Source: Heptranchias perlo (Eukaryota). From it: DNA of 64,000 nt. The first letter of the stretch is position 1. Every line of letters begins with the position of its first letter. Where the stretch lies: positions 25,606,001 to 25,670,000 of the forward strand of contig NC_090347.1 in NCBI RefSeq assembly GCF_035084215.1, read 5' to 3'. Positions 11,300-23,258 of this stretch are shown here, in pieces. Both the position numbers and the translations under genes were made by a program. The notes below the pieces were generated by a model that saw nothing but the letters and a program-made list of their open reading frames with translations, ran no database searches and was not told the DNA's origin.

Positions 11300-13280
11300 T
11301 ATTCAATTGATCTGCAGGATGGATCATGTGCAGAATAAAACGAAGATATTTTGGTGGTGGATTTAATGTGTTATGTCTATTATGTGTAATGCATCTACGT
11401 GTAACAGATCTGTGAGAGAAAATAATAGGAACAGATGGGAATGTGTCTTGACTGCCTATACACCTACTTTTCAAAATGGGATCACCTGGGAGATGCCCTT
11501 CGATAACATGGCGGAGAAAGCTCATGTTAAAATACAGGAGGAGAGTGTGCGTTTAATCTGTAAATGTACGAGGAGTGGACCAGCAGTCGTAAATCAGGGA
11601 TGCCTGTGGGACCAAAAGGACCACATCGAATAAATTTGGCTGGGGGACATCAGGGGATACCATATAGAGTAGACGAACCCCAGAAACAAGGAGAGTTGGA
11701 ATCTAGCCTCAACTGGCCACAATTTGGACCTTGACATGAGGGCTGTTATAAGTGTAAGCACGAGTGGGACCAATATAAAGCCAGTGGAAGGGGAGCTGGG
11801 ACAAATGGACTAATGTGTCTGATGATGACCAACAAACAGGAAGAACGAGAGATGGAGAAAAATCTAAATAAGGATTGCCCTATACAAGGAAAGAGTCCCA
11901 CGAGTGGTTTGACTGTCACCCGTACTCATGATACCTTATATAATGATGTAAGATTTGAAATAGTTCCCGTAATATTTGACCTTAGCACGTACACTTGTCC
12001 CAAGGGTTATGTGATCCCATCTATGAAGACCTCTATGCTAACATGATAAGGAAATTAGTCGAGGATTTTATAAGCCAGAACGCGGGGAGGAACCTAGAGG
12101 AACAATGGCCATTCAGTTGCCAAGACCAGCCATGTTAAAGTACACTCTGTTCACCCCTGTAACAGTCATACCCAGTAAAAAGGGTCAACTGAAGAGAGGG
12201 CAAGGTGAATGGGTAGGAATAGGGGCAGCCACAGGCACTGTGGTATGGAACCAATTCGATATAGAATCAATGTGGGAAAACAATGAGGCTATGAGGCAAC
12301 ATATGAAGGGTATCCTATCAAAAATGGCAAATGGGAACCATGATTTGGTAATAGAACAGAAGGAGAGTGTCTCCTCTCTGTCAGAGATGGTAAAAGGAAT
12401 GCAAACTCTTGAACAGAAGATTAATGATATCATTCTGCAATAAGGTAGGGAAATCACCTCTCAAATCGTATCAAAGTCCATAACCTGTGCGATGTATGGA
12501 GGGTTTATGTTAAACCAAATACGAAAAGGATTAAATGACATCGAAAATAACTGGATACCAAACTTTATCACGAAAGAAAACATTGACAAATGGTATCAGG
12601 AGCCCAGAGATGTTAGAGTCAATTATTCTAAGATTCGGAAGTATGGGACTGCTTAGTATGCCAAGTGAAAGTATGGAAACAGAGATACAGGATGGGGATT
12701 ATCACCTGCCATGATATTGTTGCCACACATTGGATGGCAGCAAAAATGGGAAGTCTTTAAGGTTGAGTCCATTGGTACCCTTGAAAAGAAAGTCCATAAA
12801 CAATACGCCGGATATCCCCATAACATTAAGAAACGCGACGGACTCCTGATCCTCCTTGTTTAGCACAATAAGTTAGATCATGGATATGTAGATGTGATAG
12901 TGCTAATCGAGGAGTACCGGCCAGTGGGTTTACCCTCCCCGTCCTGTGCAATTCAACTCCAGAGATGGAATAATCACCAGGAGCAGAGCGCCTGTTTAGA
13001 AAGGAGGAGGTATTGTTTGAGCACCACCAGTAAAAGGTATTAACATGGCAAGAAACAGTGTCCGGTGAGGAATCCTACTTTTTGCTTCACCCTGACAGAG
13101 GGGGATGCAAATGGAAAATCGGGTCATACTCCCTGTTGCTGCCTATAAGATCATGATTGGTGGGAAGTAGTGTATAATGTGGGACAACACCTGTGGACAA
13201 GACTGTTTAGTATGGCTCTGATATGTATGCAATGTATATTGGTGTTATGATAATTTGCTAATGTGTAATGAGATGTCTAA
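11300..13280 (+). pseudogene. env: env remnant of element 1 (F-like class I fusion protein)
   Basis: YNDVRFEIVPVIFDL, QLKR|GQGEWVGIGAATGTVVWN + heptad region, CAMYGGFMLNQIR, YCLSTT..CPVRNPTFC, WWEVV..TM; colinear with element 2 env. Confidence 0.75.
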
Positions 13281-13289
13281 TTCAAAAAC

Positions 13290-13528
13290 ACATTGCTGTG
13301 GGTCTGGAGTCACATAGGCCAGACTTCCTTCTCTAAAGGGCATTAGTGAAGCAGATGGGTTTTTAATAACAATCTGGTTGTTTCATGGCTACCATTACTG
13401 ATACTAGCTTTTTATTCCAGATTTTATTTAATTAATTGACTTTAAATTCCCCAGCTGCTGTGGTGGGTTTTGAACTCATGACTCTGGATTACTAGTCCAG
13501 TAACATAACGACTATGCTACCGTACCCC
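13290..13528 (-). mobile_element. tRNA-headed SINE, partial
   Basis: Reverse complement of the ggggtacggtagcatagt..ttactggactagtaatccagag head. Confidence 0.75.
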
Positions 13529-15839
13529 ATACTGATCTAATTGAATGGCAGAGTATGCTTGAGGGGCTTAAGGGTCTACTCCTGTTCCTAAGTTCCTCTG
13601 ACACTACACAGTTTCTTACTCAATACATTTGTGAACAGTGGTGCTTGCAATTAATTTGTTGATGCAAATGGAGCACTGTTTTCATACACCCTCATGCATT
13701 AGCAAAACAATATTGAATGTTACAAACGTTTACTCTGATGTGGTGTAAATTGTATCTGATGCCAATTCAATGGAAATTCTGCATTTTGCAGCACATTCTG
13801 TTCCAGTAAGTTACCATTCCTGAAAATACCCCCAGCCACATTGCAATTTTATAATAAATGGAAGTATAATAATATTCTGTATTTATTCCACCTTTTTTTT
13901 CCAAATAGAGCAGTTCACTGTGTTAATGTTTAGTTCCATGAAAATACAGTTGTAGTGCACAAAATATCAGCCTGTACACAACCCTCCAGGTGATACAGCA
14001 ACCCCAACGAGGAACGGGAATGCAGTTCCCCAGGCTGGATGGGAGCCGGCACTCGAGCACATGGATTTTTTAACACAAGTTTTAACTCATTCAATAAAAC
14101 AGTCCGTGGAATAAACACAATATCACAAGAGTAAGAACTAGCTCGTTATTGGGGTTTATTTTACTTGTGGGAGAGAACCCTGATTGAACCCGTCCTCATT
14201 GGTCCATGAATTGTGGCTCTTGTGCAGTTATTACATATATTTTCAGTAATATACAAACTTTAAGTACTAGCTTGGCTCAGTTGGTAGCATGCTCATCTCC
14301 AAGTCAGAAAGTTATGAGTTCTATCCCCACAACAGACCATAGTTCACTTTAAGCTTAGTCTCTTGTGAGTTATCAAATCAGTACACTGGTGAAATATGAA
14401 TTGGGTGCTATGGATCCTAATTACATATTCTTTATTTTCCTTGGCTCTCAGTTGGCTCAGTCACCTGGTACATGAAGTCTAAAATGCCAATCAGAATGGA
14501 ATTAAAGATTCATCTTTAATTGCACTACAATCTGGTTATTATTTTCCCATTGTTAACAATAGATGACAGGCCAAGTTGTCTAACTTTGCAATAAAATTCC
14601 TTGTGACAGCTTTGTGCAACGAGCCGATCGTCCATGTCATGACTATTGTACCTCAATTTTCTTCTTCCTCGTTGGTTAATTTGTTTTTGTTTCTTTCCAA
14701 TTGGCAATTTTGAATTTCATTATTTGCCAATCACACTGATTAAGACCCTTCTACTCAGTTTCAGTTTTCTCCCCTCCCACATTCTATCAAAAAGATTCCC
14801 CGCCACCATTCACCTGGTCAGATGACTTTCTTAATTGTTCGGTCTGATGGAATGACCCCCCAAGTAGCTGCCACTGCAACCCTGAGATCAGTTAAAGTAG
14901 CACAGGAGAGGAATTAAATGTAGATACCTTTTCAATCTGCATGGCTCAATAGCACATCACACAGTGCATCAGCCGTATGAGAGCAATAACCCACTCAAAT
15001 TTCACTTTTATAGTTTGTAATGTTATCTGACTGATGAGATTACTGCTTTTACTCACTGGTATCTATTATTCTCAATTATGAGGGCGAATTGCAATCAGTC
15101 ATTTCATTTCTAGACAACACAGGTTCTCCCCCCAGACTTACAGTAAAAATATAGGTAAAATATTCCATGGTAATGTCTGAACAACAACTGTGCCACTTGG
15201 AACACAATAATCAGATGACAGTTTTGCTGTTTATCAGTGAAGGAACGATTCAAATGGAAAACAGAAAAGAAAAATACAGTGAAGAGTCATTACACTGAGG
15301 AGGAGGTCTGTGTGGAAATTTCTCACAATCATTTATAGGAAACAAAAAATGAAAAGCATACTCAAAATTAAAATGTAAGATTTAATATGCCCCGGGGAAC
15401 AGAACAAACACCTCAATTGTTGAACGAAATTGAAGGAAAGCAGAAAGTGAGATGGGCTCTACCATTCTGTTCTGACCTTTAAGATAGCTGTGCTTTTACT
15501 GTTGGAAGGACTTGTTAACTGGTTCCCACATTTTCTTTGGTGGTGGAAGAAGTTCTTATCGATGTGTGAATCAGCTTCCGGTGTCGAAAAACCTTTTATT
15601 TCAGTTGCAGATATTACAGCTTAAGCTCAAAAAAATGAAAATCCATCTAGATTCAGAGAAACACTTCTGATGCAAACAATTTTTCCATAATCTATTCACT
15701 GATAATTCTGCAATAATATCACAAAGGAGGTTAATTCATTGCTGGCCCTTGGTTAAACAGGATTTGCAGCATTCAGCACTGAGGTACTGGGAGTATCTGG
15801 ACAATGGTAAGAAAAAAGTTGTAATTTTAACTTTGAAAT

Positions 15840-16030
15840 GCATGAGCTTGCATTTATATAGTGCCTTTCATGATCTCAGAATGTCTCAAAGCACTTCTTA
15901 GCCATTGAATTACTCCTATAGTGTAGCCACTGTTATTTTATAGGCAAATGTCACAGTTTACACACAGCAAGTTCCTATAAAAAGCAATGAGATAAATTAC
16001 CAGATAATCTATTTTCGTGATTTTGGTTAA
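15840..16030 (-). mobile_element. Deu-domain-type SINE 3' fragment
   Basis: cttgcatttatatagtgcctttcatga...cacacagcaagttcc, homologous to the 44327-44708 copy. Confidence 0.65.
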
Positions 16031-18702
16031 TATCCTTACATTATACAAAACCACCGGAAACAGGTTGGCAGTCAAAGATTACATTCCAATGGTAGAATTT
16101 TGAATCCATGGATTAGTTTAAAACCCTGTAACTCAGTCAGCTGTCCATTATTGTGCAGAACACTGTTCGTAGAAAATATTCAGAAATGAGACAGCTAATT
16201 CTCTATCATAAAGGGCATTAGATAATGGAGCTTTCATTTTGCTGCATCTTTTGAAAATTATTTTGAAACATACACAATAAAACGTATGCATCTTTCAATT
16301 ATGATATGACTAAAGGATGTGATCTGTTTTGTCACATTGTAAAAAACTTGCTATGCAATCAGTTTATTGGCGAACAGCAACTTGCATTTCCGCAGGGGTC
16401 CTCAGGTAAAAGAAATACCTCAGAACATTTAACACAGGGGAGAAGTGAACTCGGAGCAGAAAAGGCAAATTGCTGGAGCACCAGGGAAAAAAATGGGTTT
16501 ACGGATGGTAATAGATGGATTTGACGGAAAATTCAGGAAAACAGGGACACAGTAGCTAATGGTAGAATAGTCTCTGATGATGGAGCAGAGGGAGCAGTGA
16601 ACCAGCATTAAACTGGAATCAGTAAGGGTGAGTATGAACTTGGATACATTGCTCAGATAGAGTGCAGATGGGTTTGATCATTTTACAGCAAATACCATCA
16701 CAAAATTGCATTAGGATTGCAATTGAATATTTTTTTAAAAATCAACTATTGAAAAGTAGAGATTAAAAAAAAAGAGTACTGGAATTTGGAAGTAAAAAGG
16801 GCAATTGCTAGAAATATACGGCAGGTTGGTCAGCATCTGAAAGTGAAAATGGATTCATGTTTTAGGCAGGAACTGGCCAGTTATGATAAAGGGTCTCAGT
16901 TAAAGTGCCAATGTTTCTGTTTGATATGCTAACTGGAATTTCGGAGTGAAGATGAGAAGTTGAAAATCATTCAAAATTGAATATTGAGAGTTTGGGATTA
17001 AACCAAGATCTTTCTGGATTTGTTAGCAGATCAAAGAAAATCATTGCAGTTTGGGGTAAGGAGGAGATGGTCAGCTGTTGTAATTATTGAAAGAGCAGCG
17101 ACTTACCTTCAATCAGCTTGGAGCTCGTGTGTTCATTCTAATCCATTTTTAAAAAATGGTAAACTTGAATCTAAGAGAGAATTGCTCGAGTTATGGTTAA
17201 TTTATCTTCAAGGGTATCTAATCGGAGTCACATTGGGAGCAAACGTAGATGCTGAGCTCTTTGAAAACTGGCTGGGTGCCTAATATTGCAGATATGTTTG
17301 TGAAAGGAAAGTTTTCTTTCAGCAAATGTACTGTGTACAATTGCAATCTATCCTTAAATCGAACATTTCAGAAAGTACCAACTTATGTCAATATTAATGA
17401 TTACAATTATCTTTCAGTTACTGCATTTAGATGGGTGATTGTTTTTTAGAATGTGTAAATATTCTATTGCATTATTTAATCTACATGGTCATGTTCGAGA
17501 TTTGCAATGGACAGGACAGTCTGTGAAATATGTCTGACTGAGGCCAAATGAGGTCACCAGGGTTTCCACTCTTGACTGAAATAAATTACCAGAAATAGAA
17601 CAAAAAAGAAATATATTCTTATGAACTCCACTTGTATCTATTACACAGAACAACAAAGATTGGGGTGTATTTTGTTTTTAGAAAAATTAGCACATTGAAG
17701 TAAGATAATGCTCGAAAAATAAAGCTGGAGCAATAGAATTCACAGCAATATCAGAACCCTCAGTGAGTTGCTGGGTTTCTGCATGCTCCAGCCTATGTGT
17801 ATTAAAAAATATTCCAAGATAATACAACATGGGGTTTGGGTGAAAAGTTTAGGACAGATGTCAGGAAGAACGTCTTATACAAGAGTGCACAACACTTGGA
17901 ATGGTATCCAGGTAGGGTAATGGAGGTGAAAACCCTGGACTCATTCAATGGTCAATCCAATGATATGATGGAGGGAACCTAGATTTTTTAAAATTCTGGG
18001 TCAACGAACGAAATCATTTTCCTTCTCTGTATCATCTTATGATATCGAGGCACTCCAGAATGTGCTTCAATATATCTGTCACCCTCTATTGGTAATCCAT
18101 ATCACTGCATTACCTTGAATCAACAAGCTTTTCATGCAGCTGCTACCCTCTGCCAGCTGTTCATGTTACTGCAGCCACCTCAAAAGTACAGTGATGAGAA
18201 TTTGATTGACTTGCTGTCTTCTGCTGGTCATCTATATTACTATATCTTAGTTTGGGTTATGTACAAAAACACAAGAATTTTTAGGAACAAGCCTTTTTGA
18301 ATCAATCAAAATGTTATCTTTTCGATCCAGGAACACATCTTGTTACCTATTGAACACGTGTTTAGGATTTGCCTAGATATCATTGGTTTCAAGCGTAAAT
18401 TATTCCACAACTCTAATGCACATTAGGCAGAGCTCTCCATTGTGAACAAGTTGCCTGGATCAACTTTGTTAATCTCCTTCATAACCATTGGTGATGCCAC
18501 CTCAAATGCTTCAAAAAGAGATGAAGCTTAACTTTCTTATCCTTTCCTCATGACTTAGAATCCTGATACTGAGACATTTGGTCACTTATTTCAGCAGAGG
18601 AAGAGGGAGCAACAGTGATGACAGAGGGAGTAAGTAGGATGGGAGCTTGAAGCATACATGAAACAGGCAATGAGATGAGGGGACGGTCAGAGGTGGATTC
18701 AT

Positions 18703-18995
18703 TGGGGCACGGTAGTTTTGTGGTTATGGTAGTGTACTAGCAACCCACAGATTGTGAAAATGAATTCAATAAATCTGCTAAATTTGTGGGTTAGCACCAC
18801 AAACAAGATAACAACAAAGCTATCAGATTGTTGTAAAAATACAACTGGCAGGAAGTACCATGTTTACCAGGTCTGGCCAACTTGTGATCCCAGTCCCACA
18901 CTATGCGATTGACTCTTAAGCTACATCAGTTGTCAGGGAAATGAGGGATAGGCAATAAATGCTGTCTTATCCACAACTAGAGATCAAATAGAAAA
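18703..18995 (+). mobile_element. Old copy of the tRNA-headed SINE
   Basis: ggggcacggtag head, cagattgttgtaaaa..caactgg body, gggataggcaataaatgc tail. Confidence 0.6.
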
Positions 18996-19224
18996 AAATG
19001 GAAAATTGTGGCTTCATTTCTGTTAGATGCAATTTATTGTTAACTGTGACTCATATGTAAACCAACAAAAATTAGGGCAAAAGAGGCAGTCAACCTTAAC
19101 AAAAATGATTGAACACCAGAAATCTATCACAAGGTTTTTCAGTGCTACCTTTCAGACAACTCCAAAGTTAAATTCTTTCAGGACACACCTTAAGGGTTCT
19201 TACAAATATGAACTTCTCAGGAGT

Positions 19225-19825
19225 CAAAAGAAGAAGGACATTGTGACTCTGGAGCAGGTGCAGAGAAGTGCAACAAGGATGATCGTGTTTAATTCTGGGC
19301 ACCACACTTTGGGAAGGATGTCAAGGACTTAGAGAGGGTGCAGAGGAGATTTACTAGAATGGTATCAGGATTGAAAGACTTTAGTTACGTGGAGAGACTG
19401 GAGAAACTGGGGTTGTTCTCCTTGGAGCAGAATAGGTTAAAGGGAGATTTGATAGAGGTGTTCAAAATCATAAAGGGTTTTGATAGAGTAATTAAGGAGA
19501 AACTGATTCCAGTGGCAGAAGGGTTGGTAACCAGAGGACACAGATTAAAGGTAACTGGCAAAAGAACCAGAGGTGACATGAGGAAAAAAAAATTATGCGA
19601 TGAGCTGTTATGATCGGGAATGCGCTGCCTGAAGAGGGTGGTGGAAGTAAATTCAGTGATAACTTACAATAGGGAATTGGATAAATGCTTGAAAGGGGAA
19701 AATTTGCAGAGCTATGGGGAAACACCAGGGGAGTGGGACTAATTGGATAGTTCTTTCAAAGAGCTGGGACAGGCATGATGGGCCGAATGATCCTCTTCTG
19801 TGCTGTATCATTTTATGATTCTATG
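19225..19825 (+). mobile_element. CR1 LINE 3' fragment
   Basis: QRRFTRMVSGL...LGLFSLEQ...GDLIEVFKI...TRGH; tail atgattctatga. Confidence 0.9.
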
Positions 19826-19834
19826 AAAGCAGAC

Positions 19835-20252
19835 GGGTACGGTAGTGAAGTGGTTATGTTACTGGACTAGTAATCGAGAGGTCTGGACTAATAATCCAGA
19901 GAAGGTGAGTTCCAATCGCACTATGGTAGTTTGAGAATTTGAATTCAGTTTCAAAATTATCTGATAATATAATGCTGGTACCAGTAAAAATGAAGCTGTT
20001 GGATTGTTGTAAAAACCCAACTGCTTCACTAATGTCCCTTAGGGAACCTGCCATCCTTACTTGGTCTGGCTTATATGTGACTCCAGTCCCACCATAACGT
20101 GGTTGACTTTTAATTGCCCTCCGACCTAGTAAGCCACTCAATTATATCAAACTGCTACAAAGTGGTTCAAAAAGGCGGCCCACCATCACCTTCTCAAGGA
20201 CAATTAGGGATGGGCAATAAATGCCCACATCTCAAACATGAGTTCAAAAAAA
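19835..20252 (+). mobile_element. tRNA-headed SINE, near full length
   Basis: Same head and LINE-B-like tail as 1367-1757. Confidence 0.85.
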
Positions 20253-21930
20253 AGGTAGTGTGTTTGACGTGTTAGGGACAGGAAGAACTAGGAGCCACCA
20301 ATATAAACTGAGGAAGCAGGGACTGTAGGTAATTGGTGTTCACCACCTTGCTAGTTGTTCTATGCCACAGTTCTGTGGAACAGGATTCCTAAGGAGGTAG
20401 TGAACATTGATTACTTAGACTCCTTCAAAAAGGTGATAGATGGGCTTCTGTAAAAAGAGGCGATCTCAGACTATGGAAGGTAAAATTAATCCATTCTGGA
20501 TAATAATTATATCGGGGTTACTTGGTATTTGTTTATATATCGATGATGAGAAAAAAACATCAAAAGCTCACCCCTCTATATCAACTCTCCTTTTGTCCTT
20601 GGGTTTTAGGTTTTCTGGGGGCTGCCTGATTGACCATGAGGGGCCAGAGGGGAATTTTTGACAGAAGATTAGGGGAAAATGAAGCAATGATAGGGGTAAG
20701 CATATGCGCCCAAAGATCTTTTCTCACCCTGAATACATAAACCTAAGCACAAAAACACAAAGCGGCCCTGGTATTAGGTAATTTTCCAATATGTTTTCTG
20801 TATACTACTAGAGTCAGAACATCCCAGGAAAGCTAAAGAATTAAACTATTAAGATATTTTGATCCAAGCTGTATCTTTGTATGTATGTATGTGTGTGAAA
20901 AAACAAATAGCATACAAGAGATTCTAGTTCTTTTGATCTTGTTGAGATGCAGAGGGAGAATTGCACAGCAATTCTGAGGTTGAAAGGGTATCTGACAACA
21001 GGAACACAATAATTTGTCATGACTGCCCAATAAGCACCCGACTGTCAGCACCATGTGTGTGGTTTACTGATTGGAGCATGAGGTGTTTCAGGATTAAGCA
21101 ATGCTACCATGGATACAACAAAGGCTATGGGCCCTGACAACATCCCTGTAGTGCTGAAGACTTGTGCTCCAGAACTAACTGCGCCTCCAGCCAAACTGTT
21201 CCAGTACAGCTACACCACTGGCACCAAACAGACAATGTGGAAAATTGCCCAGGTATGTCCTGTCCACAAAAAGCAGGACAAATCCAATCCGACTAATTAT
21301 CGCCCCATCAGTCTACTCTCAATCATCAGCAAAGCGATGGAAGATGTCATCGGCAGTGCTATCAAGCTGCACTTACTCACCAATAACCTGCTCACCGATG
21401 CTCAGTTTGGATTCCACCTGGACCAATCAGCTCCAGACCTCATTACGGCCTTGGTCCAAACATGGACAAAAGAGCTGAAATCCAGAGGTGAGGTGAGAGT
21501 GACTGCACTTGACATCAAGGCAGCATTTGACAGAGTGTGGCACCAGTGAGCCCTGGTAAAATTGAAGTCAATGGGAATCAGGGGGAAAACTCTCCAGTAG
21601 CTGGAGTCATACCGAGCATAAAGGAAGATGGTAGTGGTTGTTGGAGGCCAATCATCTCAGCCCCAGGACATTGCTACAGGAGTTCCTCAGGGCAGTGTCC
21701 TAGGCCCAAACATCTTGAGCTGCTTCATCAATGACCTTCCCTCCATCATAAGGTCAGAAATGGGGATGTTCGCTGATGATTGCACAGTGTTCAGTTCCAT
21801 TTTCAACCCCTCAGATAATGAAGCAGTCCGTACCCGCATGTAGCAAGACCTGGACAACATCCAGGCTTGGGCTCATAAGTGGCAAGTAACATTTGCGCCA
21901 GACAAGTGCCAGGCAATGACCATCTCCAAC

Positions 21931-22094
21931 ATGTGGAGATGCCGGTGATGGACTGGGGTGGACAAGTGTAATATAAGATATGCGATTTGAGAACCTTTCA
22001 CTCACTCACCTGATGAAGGAGATAATCTCTGAAAGCTTGTGATTTTCAAATAAAACCGTTGGACGATAACCTGGTGTTCTAAGATTCCTTACAT
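21931..22094 (+). mobile_element. Penelope-like element terminal-repeat fragment inserted in the LINE
   Basis: Interrupts the LINE ORF between two ccaaca; contains cacctgatgaaggag..gaaagcttgtgattttcaaataaa..aacctggtgtt. Confidence 0.75.
22006..22042 (+). ncRNA. Minimal type I hammerhead ribozyme (Penelope-associated)
   Basis: tcac-CTGATGA-a-ggag ataat ctct-GAAA-gc-TT-gtga: complete core, stem I tcac/gtga, short stem II, palindromic aagctt in place of stem III. Confidence 0.7.
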
Positions 22095-23021
22095 CACCAA
22101 CAAGAGAGAGAGTCCAACCACTTCCCCTTGACATTCAACGGCATTACCATCACCGAATCCCCCACCATCAACATCCTGGGGGTCACCATTGACCAGAAAC
22201 TTAACTGGACCAGCCACATAAATACTGTGGCTACAAGAACAGGTCAGAGGCTGGGTATTCTGCGGCGAGTGACTCATCTCCTGACTTCCCAGAGCCTTTC
22301 CACAATCTACAAGGCACAAGTCAGGAGAGTGATGGAATACTCTCCACTTGCCTGGATGAGTGCAGCTCCAACAACACTCAAGAAGCTCGACACCATCCAG
22401 GACAAAGCAGGTCGCTTGATTGGCACCCCATCCACCACCCTAAACATTCACTCCCTTCATCACCGGCGCACCGTGGCTGCAATGTGTACCATCCACAGGA
22501 TGCACTGCAGCAACTCGCCAAGGCTTCTTCGACAGCACCTCCCAAACCTGCGACCTCTACTCCCTAGATGGACAAGGGCAGCAGGCACATGGGAACAACA
22601 CCACCTGCACGTTCCCCTCCAAGTCACACACCATCTCAACTTGGAAATATATCGCCGTTCCTTCATCATCGCTGGGTCAAAATTCTGGAACTCCCTTCCT
22701 AACAGCACTGTGGGAGAACCTTCACTAAACGGACTGCAGCGGCTCAAGAAGGCGGCTCACCACCACCTTCTCAAGGGCAATTAGGGATGGGCAATAAATG
22801 CCGACCTCGCCAGCGACGCCCACATCCCATGAACGAATAAAAAAAAAGTTCAAACAATCTGTTGGAAGCACAGGTTCCGACATTGGTAGAGACCCATAAT
22901 CACATGGAAAATTCCTCCGCACCCTCCAAGAAATACGCAAAAAGCAAACTTTAAAGATGAAGGGCTGTTCTCCATTAAGAAAGCATACAGCCCTGAGAAG
23001 ACCACATATTTCTGGTCTCAT

Positions 23022-23258
23022 AAGAACATAAGAATTAGGAGCAGAAGGAGGCCATATGGCCGCTCGAGCCTGCTCTGCCATTCAATACGAGCATGGCTGA
23101 TCTTCGACCTCAACGTCACTTTCCTGCCTGATCCCCATATCCCTTGATTCCCCTAGACTCAATCAATCAACCGACGTACGTCCGTCCGTCCGTCCGTCCC
23201 GTGAATATACCCAAAAGACTCAGCACCCACAGCCTTTTGGGATAGAGAATTCCAAAGC
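23022..23258 (-). mobile_element. CR1 3' end with internal (TCAA)n/(CGTC)n microsatellite
   Basis: aagaacataagaattaggagcag tail; gagaattccaaag; simple repeats near 23159-23200. Confidence 0.8.

Larger units (their letters stand above)
4426..13280 (+). mobile_element. Degenerate endogenous retrovirus-like element 1 (lokiretrovirus-like): 5' LTR-PBS-gag-(pro/RT/RH deleted)-integrase C-half-env; no 3' LTR found
   Basis: LTR ending CA followed by PBS; gag, integrase and env remnants colinear with and homologous to element 2; interrupted by Harbinger and CR1 insertions. Confidence 0.8.
21108..22847 (+). mobile_element. 5'-truncated non-LTR retrotransposon, CR1/L2-group family B (RT pseudogene)
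   Basis: KAMGPDNIP, NYRPISLLS, LDIKAAFDRVWH, PQGSVLGP, MFADD; 3' UTR ...cccacatcccatgaacgaat + A-run. Confidence 0.92.

Noticed and set aside
14265-14340. tRNA-like sequence
   Set aside because: Degenerate SINE head (same type as 42030); no complete cloverleaf
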